Of a stretch of DNA of 52,545 nucleotides, positions 35,075 through 43,116 are shown piece by piece. The stretch spans positions 1 through 52,545 of the IMG/VR virus record IMGVR_UViG_3300010163_000045. The stretch is one strand, 5' to 3'. How positions within the stretch are numbered: the stretch's first letter is position 1; every line of letters starts with the position of its first letter. The stretch comes from a virus. The position numbers and the translations under genes were made by a program. Under the pieces are notes generated by a model, which saw only the letters and a program-made list of their open reading frames with translations, made no database searches and had not been told where the DNA came from.

Positions 35075-35865
35075 AAGATTTCAAAGTAGCAGAGATTGTT
35101 CCGGTGGAACAGTTGGAGGATATTGCATCCAACCACTACCATATGTGTTTGGCACATCTGGTGGCAACCAATGGCATTCAGGCTCAGAGGTACACTGAGT
35201 TCTATCGGCGGATGTCTGATGAGGGCAAGTACGTTCTGATGGATAACGGAGCGGCTGAGGGTAGACAGTTAAATTATGACCGGCTGTTCCGCCAGTATGA
35301 GGAAATTCATCCGTCAGAGATTGTGGTGCCGGATACTCTGAACGATGCAAATGATACGCTGGCCAAAATGTTTAGTTGGCTTGGACAGTTCATCGGTCTG
35401 CCATATCGGTTCATGGCTGTTCCTCAGGGCAAGACGTTTGAAGAGTGGAAAGCGTGCGCATACATCATGATGCAGGAGAAACGTATCAATACGATTGGTA
35501 TCAGCAAGTTCCTGAATATCGCCACCGGTGATGAAACAATCCGGCATCAGGCTGTTCAGTATCTGGACGAGATTGCCGATAAACTGGGGCGTGACGATAT
35601 TGAGTACCATCTGTTGGGTTGTGATGAAGGTCCGGGTATCGTTGGAGGTATCCAGAGCATCAGCAAACGAGTGCGTGGATGTGACAGTGCATTCGCCTAC
35701 ATTGCCAGTAAGGCGGAAGTGGTGATTGAGAGGAATACCAAACGGCCGGCAGGCACAATTGATTTCCTGAATGATGCACGTCTGGATGGTTTCATTCCTA
35801 ACAGCTATGCTTTTGAGGGTATCTGTGGAGTACTGAGCAATACCAATGGGAAGGAGTGGAAGTGA
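35071..35865 (+). CDS. dpdA: DpdA/TGT-like transglycosylase candidate
   Basis: 264 aa with ATGA overlap to the upstream gene. Has VLMDNGAAEG, IVVPDTL and RGCDSAFAY (TGT-like Asp motifs). Sits among QueD-like, QueF-like and YhhQ genes. Confidence 0.5.
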   Translation: MKDFKVAEIVPVEQLEDIASNHYHMCLAHLVATNGIQAQRYTEFYRRMSDEGKYVLMDNGAAEGRQLNYDRLFRQYEEIHPSEIVVPDTLNDANDTLAKMFSWLGQFIGLPYRFMAVPQGKTFEEWKACAYIMMQEKRINTIGISKFLNIATGDETIRHQAVQYLDEIADKLGRDDIEYHLLGCDEGPGIVGGIQSISKRVRGCDSAFAYIASKAEVVIERNTKRPAGTIDFLNDARLDGFIPNSYAFEGICGVLSNTNGKEWK

Positions 35866-36209
35866 TGGCCAGTTTTGAGAATAATGACAAGATAAGCAAT
35901 CTTCATATGTATGGCATCAAAAAGAAGTTCTTCTGTCCGATTGGTAAATCTGAGTGCACATATGAGATTGAGATTGATATGGAGCCACGAAAAGTAATTT
36001 GTGATTATCTGGACGTGGATGCATTCATAAGAGGTATGGAGTGCCAGCAGACGTTGGAGAGTGCGTGTGCTGTAATCTGCAACCATATGGTGGAACAGTA
36101 TCAGCCGGATGCTGCTATGGTAAAGGTAAAATGTGAAGATGCAAAGCATATGCCGGTGGAAGTAACAAAAATGGTTCGTCGCAATATTTGTGACGGCAGC
36201 TACAATTGA
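35865..36209 (+). CDS. QueF-like T-fold protein
   Basis: 114 aa from ATG 35865 (TGATG overlap, SD AAGGAG). FCPIGKSECTYEIEIDMEP... parallels QueF CPxTGQPDxxxIxIxYxP. The E-S-K-S-x-K NADPH motif was not seen. Confidence 0.45.
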   Translation: MASFENNDKISNLHMYGIKKKFFCPIGKSECTYEIEIDMEPRKVICDYLDVDAFIRGMECQQTLESACAVICNHMVEQYQPDAAMVKVKCEDAKHMPVEVTKMVRRNICDGSYN

Positions 36210-36229
36210 GAATGAAGGAGAAAAGAACG

Positions 36230-36904
36230 ATGAGAAAAACTGAGAAAAATCTGTACCTGCTGTATATGGTGTTTGCAATTGGTTTGATTACGGCCAACTG
36301 CATTGGAGCTAAAATCTTCACTACTGGTATCTATCTGTTTGGCAATCCGGTAACATTGACGTGTGGTACTCTGGCGTATCCGATTACGTTCCTATGCACC
36401 GATGTGATTGGAGAGCTGTGGGGCAGGGAGAAAGCAAGGATTGCAGTGGGGTATGGTTTCGTCTGCCAGATTATTTCCACACTAATTATTGTGGTGGCCA
36501 GATATCTGCCGGCAGTGGACGGAGCGCAGCAGGATGCATACGTTGCTTTGTTGGGTCAGAATTATATGTTCGTGTTTGCCAGTCTGGTGGCATACTACTG
36601 CAGCCAGAGTTGGGATGTAATGGTGTTCCATAAAATCCGGAGTGCTTACATAAGGAAGCATGGCAGTACGAAAGGCGGCAAGTGGTTATGGAACAATGGC
36701 AGCACAATGACCAGCCAGTTGATTGACAGTATCCTTTATGCAGGTATTGCTTTCGGTGTAGGTTTCGGATGGCTGTGGACAGACGGTATGCAGATTATGC
36801 TGCTGAACATGATTCTGGGTCAGTGGTTGATTAAGGTTATTCTGGCGGCATTGGATACACCGGTGTTCTATTTCCTGACGAGAAATTCAGAAAATAATTT
36901 TTGA
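36230..36904 (+). CDS. yhhQ: Queuosine-precursor transporter, YhhQ/VUT (DUF165) family
   Basis: Multi-TM protein with ANCIGAKIF...G...AYPITFLCTDVIGELWG and SQSWDVMVFHKIR...LWNNGSTMTSQLIDSILY. ATG 36230 follows GAAGGAG. Confidence 0.75.
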   Translation: MRKTEKNLYLLYMVFAIGLITANCIGAKIFTTGIYLFGNPVTLTCGTLAYPITFLCTDVIGELWGREKARIAVGYGFVCQIISTLIIVVARYLPAVDGAQQDAYVALLGQNYMFVFASLVAYYCSQSWDVMVFHKIRSAYIRKHGSTKGGKWLWNNGSTMTSQLIDSILYAGIAFGVGFGWLWTDGMQIMLLNMILGQWLIKVILAALDTPVFYFLTRNSENNF

Positions 36905-36911
36905 AAACATG

Positions 36912-36940
36912 TTGACTTTTCCGGCGAAATCATGTAAGAT
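36912..36940 (+). promoter_or_regulatory. Early-family promoter
   Basis: TTGACT, 17 nt, TAAGAT. Its leader resembles that of the 26715 promoter. Confidence 0.65.
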
Positions 36941-36990
36941 ATAATCATAAGGAACAAACAAAAACAAAAGTGCTTAGGAGGGCAAACGAT

Positions 36991-37203
36991 ATGATGAATC
37001 AGGAAGTTGAAGCAAGGATTGAAGAGCTGGAAAACAATGGTATGGTAATCGTGAATGTAGTTACATTCGAGAACGGCAGAGAGAACATTGAGTTTTGGAA
37101 CGGCGAAGGAACAGTTGCATACTTCGAGTGCATTACAGTAGAGCAGTATGAAGCAAATGGTTACGATGTAGCAAACATTCCGGTACAGACAGTTGAGATG
37201 TAA
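36991..37203 (+). CDS. Hypothetical small acidic protein
   Basis: 70 aa from ATG 36991, which follows AGGAGGG. Confidence 0.55.
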   Translation: MMNQEVEARIEELENNGMVIVNVVTFENGRENIEFWNGEGTVAYFECITVEQYEANGYDVANIPVQTVEM

Positions 37204-37212
37204 GATGTTAAG

Positions 37213-37240
37213 GGCGGTTGGTATGGAGCCGGCCGCCTTT
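37213..37240 (+). terminator. Hairpin plus TTT
   Basis: GGCGGTTGG-TATGGAG-CCGGCCGCC (9 bp including 2 G-U) followed by TTT. Confidence 0.45.
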
Positions 37241-37273
37241 ACATAAATTAAAACGTAAAGGAGAAAATGTGCA

Positions 37274-37654
37274 ATGAAGAAGTACAACGAAGTGGTGGAG
37301 TTTCACAACAGTATGATGGACAAGTGTCAGAAGGTATCCGAGGAGCAGCAGGCGATTCTGAAGCAGGCACACGAGACGGCTGATAAAGTCGTTGGGGGGG
37401 CTCTGGACGAGTTTACTAAAGGTCTGGAGGAAAAGGTCAAGGACTGGACGGCTGAAGACTATGACCAGTTCATCAGTATCTCGGAGCATGATGAGCGTCT
37501 GGACAACAGAGACATTCTTACCATCAGTACCGCATATGCTCGGACGCATGAGGCGGATAAGGAACGTGTCCATAACGACGTGTGCAAGAAGGCTCTGTTT
37601 GAAATGGCTCTGGACAACTTCAGCGAAATGCTGGATGCTCTGGTTGGCAGATAA
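37274..37654 (+). CDS. Hypothetical protein
   Basis: 126 aa with SD AAGGAG. Contains an in-frame G7 run at 37394-37400. Confidence 0.55.
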   Translation: MKKYNEVVEFHNSMMDKCQKVSEEQQAILKQAHETADKVVGGALDEFTKGLEEKVKDWTAEDYDQFISISEHDERLDNRDILTISTAYARTHEADKERVHNDVCKKALFEMALDNFSEMLDALVGR

Positions 37655-37729
37655 CAGAACGGACAATAAGATGAACAAGGGCAAGGCTGGCACAGGTTGC
37701 TGGCCTTAGCCCAGTAATCGGGAGGCATT

Positions 37730-38704
37730 ATGGCAAAGACAAATAAAGCAGGGATAATTGCTCTATGTGGGAAGATTAACAAGAAAGAGGGTGAGGGAAC
37801 AGTATACTCAATTGACTCAAAACATGCGGACCTGAAAATCAATCGTTGGTCAACCGGTATTGAAGACCTTGATGCAATCATTGGTGGCGGTATGCCTGAG
37901 GGTAGAGTGGTTGAGATATTTGGTCCTGAGTCCAGTGGCAAGACGACTCTATTATATCATCTGTGTGGTTTACACCAACTGTGTTTGGACATTCCAATTG
38001 AAGGAACGTTCGATTCGGATAGGGCAAAGGTGTTTGGTAACAGACCAAAGCAGTTGCTGATATACAGAGCGAAGTACGGCGAGGATGCCATGAACAAAAC
38101 AATCCAGTTCGCAAAAGAGGGCATTCCTCTTATTGGGATTGACAGTGTCCCCAGTTTGGTACCAAAAGAGGATGCAGAAAAGGTTCTGAAGTCTGCAGAC
38201 CGGGACAGTATTGAGGAACAACGGATTGGAGGAACAGCAAGGTTGCTGAACAAGTATCTGCCAACGATTGAGGAGATAATCGAAGTAACCGGAACAACAT
38301 TGGTGTTTGTTAATCAGTTACGTGATAAGATGAATGCAATGATGTTTGGTGAAAAGACAGATACTCCCGGCGGCAGGAAATTAAAGCATGCTTGTAGTCT
38401 GAGGCTGCAGGTGGCAAGAAAGAGTTGGATTGAGATACCGAACAAGAACCCGAGGAACAGTGCAACTAACGAAAAGGTTGGATTGATTATGAAAGTCCGT
38501 GTGGTCAAGAGTAAGGTATGCAATCCAATGGGAGAGTGTGAGATACCACTTTTCTTTGACAGAGGTTTCGTATCGTTCGATGACATCAAACCTATCCGGA
38601 ATGAGTTGATGAGGCAGAGGGCTGCTCAGTATGGCAAACGTGTTCCAAAGGATTTGGATGATGACGGAGAAGATACAGAGTGGGGCGACGATGAAGAAGA
38701 ATAG
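37730..38704 (+). CDS. RecA-family recombinase
   Basis: Has STGIEDLDAIIGGGMPEGRVVEIFGPESSGKTTL (Walker A) and LIGIDSV. C-terminus is acidic, ending ...TEWGDDEEE. Confidence 0.8.
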   Translation: MAKTNKAGIIALCGKINKKEGEGTVYSIDSKHADLKINRWSTGIEDLDAIIGGGMPEGRVVEIFGPESSGKTTLLYHLCGLHQLCLDIPIEGTFDSDRAKVFGNRPKQLLIYRAKYGEDAMNKTIQFAKEGIPLIGIDSVPSLVPKEDAEKVLKSADRDSIEEQRIGGTARLLNKYLPTIEEIIEVTGTTLVFVNQLRDKMNAMMFGEKTDTPGGRKLKHACSLRLQVARKSWIEIPNKNPRNSATNEKVGLIMKVRVVKSKVCNPMGECEIPLFFDRGFVSFDDIKPIRNELMRQRAAQYGKRVPKDLDDDGEDTEWGDDEEE

Positions 38705-38743
38705 TCAGTGGACAATAAGATGAATTAAGGAGTGGACAATAGG

Positions 38744-39208
38744 ATGGCTTTTGGAGATACAATGATGGAAGAAGCAATGGCTGTGGCTGAGGATAGAGTC
38801 AAGATATGTAAGAATTTCTGCAAAGGGTATGACCAGTGTGAACACATTGGAAACGTACATTGCGAAAAGTATATGGCTCTGGTACGCGACCGGATGTCAA
38901 GGGCAGCAAAAGAAGGAGTGGCGGAAGACGTGGTCAATGAACCGAGCCATTATCAGCATGGAGCATTCGAAGTGATTGATGAAATGGTTATCATGTTCGG
39001 TATGGAGAAGACGATTGTGTTCTGCCAGTTGAATGCATGGAAGTATCGGGCACGTGCTCCGTATAAGAATAAGTTTGAAGAGGATATGGCGAAAGCTAAC
39101 CGGTATCTGGAAATGGCATACGAGCTGCAGCAGATACGTCAGGAATATCCTGAGGTGGATGGCTATGAGGTTTGTGCTCTTTTGAAAGGACGGAAGAAGG
39201 AGGGATAG
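38744..39208 (+). CDS. DUF3310-like protein with a Cys-rich N-terminus
   Basis: Has PSHYQHGAFEVIDEM...CQLNAWKYRARAPYKN. Start is ATG 38744 or GTG 38732. Confidence 0.6.
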   Translation: MAFGDTMMEEAMAVAEDRVKICKNFCKGYDQCEHIGNVHCEKYMALVRDRMSRAAKEGVAEDVVNEPSHYQHGAFEVIDEMVIMFGMEKTIVFCQLNAWKYRARAPYKNKFEEDMAKANRYLEMAYELQQIRQEYPEVDGYEVCALLKGRKKEG

Positions 39209-39211
39209 CAA

Positions 39212-40033
39212 ATGGGTGTTGTAGATGATATCAAGAAGTCGGCTCAGGCGAATGGTACCAAAATACAGTCCTCAGATGCTGCCAGTCTGGAAAAGATATT
39301 GAACCGAATGTTTTATCTGCCAAAGGATATAAAGAAAGAAACTGCATTCGTAAAGAATGTTATGACCAGAGGTCAGGAGAGTACGGAGCGTGTTGGTCTA
39401 CATGCTTCGGCTCTTATCGTTGGTGATAAAAAGTTCTGCCTGAGGCAGCAAGTATTGAGTCTGATATATAAGCAGTTGCAGGGTGAGCAGGTCAATGTAG
39501 GCTTACGGAGAATCTTTGAAGAGGGCAATGCAGTCCACGAGAAGTGGCAAAGGTTATTCCTGAGAGCTGGTTATTCGGAAGTAGACGATTTGGACGTGAC
39601 ACAGTTCAATGAGAAGTTCAGAGTGAGCTTCACTCCGGACATTATCTGCCGGATACCTGAGTTTCACGATGGTGATATGATTGGTGAGCTGAAGTCGGTC
39701 AATACATATCAGTTTAGTAAAATGGCGAAGCATCCGTCTGCCGGAAAGCAATTGCAGTGGTATATGTATCTGTCTGGTATCCATAAAGGGTTTGTTCTGA
39801 GTGAGGACAAAAATATGCAGGAGGTCAAGATTGAGGTTTACGATTTTGACCCAAAGGTGGTGGAGCCATTCATCGAAAGGTGCCGACAGATTAAGGCAGC
39901 ATACAAAAGAGTATTCAGTGAGAAGAAAATGGTCAGGCGTCCATCGGATGCAAAGTCAGACGATTGCAAAAGGTGCCACGACTGTCCAATGAAGGTTGCT
40001 TGTTGGCAAACGTCACAAGCTGAGAGGATATGA
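39212..40033 (+). CDS. Cas4/RecB-like PD-(D/E)xK exonuclease with an Fe-S cysteine cluster
   Basis: Has DGDMIGELKSV and QLQWYMYL. Contains an N-terminal Cys (FCLRQ) and C-terminal CKRCHDCPMKVAC. Confidence 0.75.
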   Translation: MGVVDDIKKSAQANGTKIQSSDAASLEKILNRMFYLPKDIKKETAFVKNVMTRGQESTERVGLHASALIVGDKKFCLRQQVLSLIYKQLQGEQVNVGLRRIFEEGNAVHEKWQRLFLRAGYSEVDDLDVTQFNEKFRVSFTPDIICRIPEFHDGDMIGELKSVNTYQFSKMAKHPSAGKQLQWYMYLSGIHKGFVLSEDKNMQEVKIEVYDFDPKVVEPFIERCRQIKAAYKRVFSEKKMVRRPSDAKSDDCKRCHDCPMKVACWQTSQAERI

Positions 40034-40521
40034 GTACCACATTGACAGTGGCGCAGGCTGATAAGATAATGAGCCAAATTGGATATACCAGACATATGAG
40101 TGGATGCAATCCAAATACTGGTGAAGTTCTGGAGTGCTACTACAGCAATCGGAACGTAGAAGCATTCAGCATCAGCATTGGTGTGAGGTTGGCTGATGCA
40201 GGTTTTATGTTCCGGTACATTCATGGATTGCAAACAATGACGAGGCTCCAGACTGATTGGTTTTCGCCACTGACCAGCAAAAAGCATTTTATGAAGTGGT
40301 ACAAGCAGTTCGTTGAGGATGCATTTTGGTTTAGCAAGAGGTATACGAATGTGATGGATAAAAGGATATTGGAAGATATGGTGACACTGTGTGATGGTGT
40401 CCTGAGCCAGTTTACGCCGGAACAGTGGAACGAGTTATCTCAGAATGATAAGATGAAGTGGTGTGACGATTTTGGTTTGGAACACGCACACGTGATAAAG
40501 GATGAAGGCGATGGATGGTAA
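40030..40521 (+). CDS. Hypothetical protein
   Basis: 163-aa ORF with ATGA overlap to the upstream gene. Confidence 0.55.
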   Translation: MSTTLTVAQADKIMSQIGYTRHMSGCNPNTGEVLECYYSNRNVEAFSISIGVRLADAGFMFRYIHGLQTMTRLQTDWFSPLTSKKHFMKWYKQFVEDAFWFSKRYTNVMDKRILEDMVTLCDGVLSQFTPEQWNELSQNDKMKWCDDFGLEHAHVIKDEGDGW

Positions 40522-40681
40522 AGCATTGTACGATAACAATAAGGATTTCAAGCAGTATGTGGACAAGTATGCCAACCAGAGGAAACTATCAATCGAGGAA
40601 GCACTGAGCCATGCTCTGGTGAAAGAGGTTGGCAAAGTATACGGAGGAAAAGAGAATGAAAGTAATCAATGCAGGATATAA
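40511..40681 (+). CDS. Hypothetical small protein
   Basis: 56 aa reading MDGKALYDNNKDFKQYVDKYANQRKLSIEEALSHALVKEVGKVYGG.... Too short for the ORF track. Confidence 0.4.
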   Translation: MDGKALYDNNKDFKQYVDKYANQRKLSIEEALSHALVKEVGKVYGGKENESNQCRI

Positions 40682-41307
40682 GATATTGAGTGAGATATCT
40701 GTGGGGGGGGCTCAAGGAATTGCAGCACATTGAGAAGATTGGCAGAGTGTGCTATAAGTCCGAAGGGCAAATAACTGAGGACGGTGAATCGGCAAAGAAG
40801 TTCATCCGCAAGCTGATTAACAATGGACATGAGGCAATGCTGGAACATTCCAGCTTATCGGTTCTGTTTACGGTGGATAGAGGTGTTACACATGAATTGG
40901 TTCGCCACCGGATTATGAGCTTTGCTCAGGAAAGCACACGATACTGTAACTACAGCGGAGATAAGTTCGGCAACGAAATTACGGTTATCAAGCCATGTTT
41001 CCTCGAAGAGGGTACTATGAAGTATGGGACGTGGGAGCAGGCAGTTTTTGATGCAGAGAAGGCATATTTTGAAATGCTTGACGATGGATGCAGTCCGCAG
41101 GAAGCTCGTTCGGTTTTGCCAAATAGCACGAAGGCTGATATCACACTGACAGGCAATTACCGTGAGTGGAGGCATTTTTTCAAGTTAAGGGCTTGTGGTG
41201 TTACTGGTGCACCACATCCTCAGATGCTTGAGGTGGCCGTTCCGTTACTGCAGGAAATAAACAAGTTGATACCTGTGGTGTTCGAGGATTTGGCAAAAAA
41301 TGTATAA
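40656..41307 (+). CDS. thyX: FAD-dependent thymidylate synthase ThyX, frame broken at a G8 run (40703-40710)
   Basis: ATG 40656 follows GGAGG and gives MKVINAGYKILSEISVGG, stopping at 40731-33. The +1 frame continues LKELQHIEKIGRVCYKS...VRHRIMSFAQESTRY (RHRxxxxxxS ThyX motif). Confidence 0.8.
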
Positions 41308-41908
41308 GCAGATTGTTATCGGTATTGACCAGTCATATAAGAATACCGGTATCAGTATCATAGCAGATGGAAAGATAAGGGACATTAAGAGCATCAGGCT
41401 TGAAAAGTGTTCCTGCAATTCAGAAAGGCGAGAGGTGCTCAGGCGTAGTCTTGGGCATCTCATGTCCGTCGTTGCAAATAAATCGGAACAGATAGTGTGT
41501 TTGGTTGAGCGGACCAGAGTGCATGGTGGTGAGGGGAGTTTCATCAATATAGACGTAATCAAGTCAATGGGTTCGCTTACGGCTCTAACTGTAGACGTAA
41601 TGTACTCATACGGCGTTGATGTTTATTCGGTGGATACCAGAAGTTGGAAGTCTCAGGTGGTAGGGACAAGTAAGCCTATGGCAAATAAGTTTGGTGTTCC
41701 AAATGAGAAGTGGCCAACCATCAAGTGGGTCATCAAACAAGGGTTTGAGGATAAAATCCTGATAGACGTAACGGATACCAAAAAGCAAAAGGGAGTGTTC
41801 GTGAGGGACGGCAGAAAGTATCAGTACAATGATGATGCAGCAGATAGTGTTGGCATTGCAATGTACTATGTGGTAGGTGACCACGATAAACTACAGCTCG
41901 AAAGGTAG
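41300..41908 (+). CDS. RuvC-like Holliday junction resolvase
   Basis: Has IVIGIDQSYKNTGISI at the N-terminus and DDAADSVGIAMYY near the C-terminus. Confidence 0.7.
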   Translation: MYKQIVIGIDQSYKNTGISIIADGKIRDIKSIRLEKCSCNSERREVLRRSLGHLMSVVANKSEQIVCLVERTRVHGGEGSFINIDVIKSMGSLTALTVDVMYSYGVDVYSVDTRSWKSQVVGTSKPMANKFGVPNEKWPTIKWVIKQGFEDKILIDVTDTKKQKGVFVRDGRKYQYNDDAADSVGIAMYYVVGDHDKLQLER

Positions 41909-41917
41909 GTGGTACCG

Positions 41918-42109
41918 ATGGCAGGAGTAACGTGCTGTTACAAATGTCCTGACCGGCATCCCAATTGTCACAGTACATGTGATAAGTATATCCAGCAGAA
42001 AGCTCAGTTGGCTGAGGACAAGAAGAAAGAACGTGCCAATCGTAAGCCGGTTATCAAGAAAGGTGATTTCCTCGGTGATGCTGGTTTCCGGAAGCACAGA
42101 CGAAAATAA
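41918..42109 (+). CDS. Small Cys-rich protein
   Basis: 63 aa with CCYKCPDRHPNCHSTCDKY. Confidence 0.5.
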   Translation: MAGVTCCYKCPDRHPNCHSTCDKYIQQKAQLAEDKKKERANRKPVIKKGDFLGDAGFRKHRRK

Positions 42110-42122
42110 TTTGAAATTGCTG

Positions 42123-42151
42123 TTGACATTCTCCGGTATATATAGTATGAT
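42123..42151 (+). promoter_or_regulatory. Early-family promoter
   Basis: TTGACA, 17 nt, TATGAT. Confidence 0.6.
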
Positions 42152-42198
42152 ATATATAAGATATATAATAAGTTCTCAAGAAGAGAGGAGAAACAGAT

Positions 42199-42984
42199 AT
42201 GGCACAGTACACCAAAGAGTTCAAGAGTATCCATGAGTTTTACGATTATCTTTGCAACACACCATTCAATGATGCATTCAGATGGGAACGTCATGCAAGC
42301 GTTGATGAGAGTTATGGTTTTACAAAGACGCATAACTTTGAACAAGCAGTAGACCTGATGAAGAATGGTTGGTCTGATATGAGCCAGAAATTGACGCAGA
42401 AGTTAAAAGCTGCTGCAAAACCGGCTCCACAAATGAAACCGAGAAATGTTTTGTCGGTGGCAGGGTATCAGCCAGTAGTTGCTTTATATCTTGCTGGTGT
42501 ACCAACCAACATGATGGACAAACAACTGGTTGCAGTAAAGTCAAAAGTGATAACGGTAACCAAAATGGTCAACTACAATTGTGGTGTTGATGCAGAGGAT
42601 ATCGAAAAGGAAAGCATCAAGGCAATGCAGGTGGTCAAGAAATTAGAAGCTCAAGGATATAGAGCGAACCTGAATGTTGGTTGGGGCACTTGTGCAGGTG
42701 ATAGAGAGATAATCCTGAAAGTGAGAATCAAGAATGCAAATGAAAAGCTGAATGTCAGCAAGTTGGCTTTCCCAATGGTTCATCCGAGTATGTTGAGAAG
42801 ACTGTTCTTCAGGTATTTGGAGGTATGTCCGGATACAACAAAGAGTTATGTTTGGGGATATGGTAGGCCGGCAGGGTTCAATAGTATGAAGAAAGCATTC
42901 CCGGACGATATAGTATTACCGAGTATCTGGAACGGTGATGTTGATAAGATAAATGATTTGGAAAGTCTGCAGGCTACCTTTTAA
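42199..42984 (+). CDS. Hypothetical protein (partner of the downstream AAA ATPase?)
   Basis: 261-aa ORF with SD GAGGAG. No motif recognised. Confidence 0.6.
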   Translation: MAQYTKEFKSIHEFYDYLCNTPFNDAFRWERHASVDESYGFTKTHNFEQAVDLMKNGWSDMSQKLTQKLKAAAKPAPQMKPRNVLSVAGYQPVVALYLAGVPTNMMDKQLVAVKSKVITVTKMVNYNCGVDAEDIEKESIKAMQVVKKLEAQGYRANLNVGWGTCAGDREIILKVRIKNANEKLNVSKLAFPMVHPSMLRRLFFRYLEVCPDTTKSYVWGYGRPAGFNSMKKAFPDDIVLPSIWNGDVDKINDLESLQATF

Positions 42985-43030
42985 GGTGGTCTGTGGCTCC
43001 AAACTTTTTCAAAGAATTTGTAAAAACGTG

Positions 43031-43058
43031 TTGACATTTATGTTTCGTGGTGTATACT
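43031..43058 (+). promoter_or_regulatory. Early-family promoter
   Basis: TTGACA, 16 nt (ending GGTG), TATACT. Confidence 0.6.
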
Positions 43059-43116
43059 TATAACATAATCAAACAACAAACAAATTCAGAGTTCAATTGA
43101 ACGGAGGTACAAAAAG

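Noticed and set aside
37394-37400. G7 run followed by CTC, similar to the ThyX G8 site
   Set aside because: The ORF 37274..37654 reads through it in frame, so there is no evidence of disruption.
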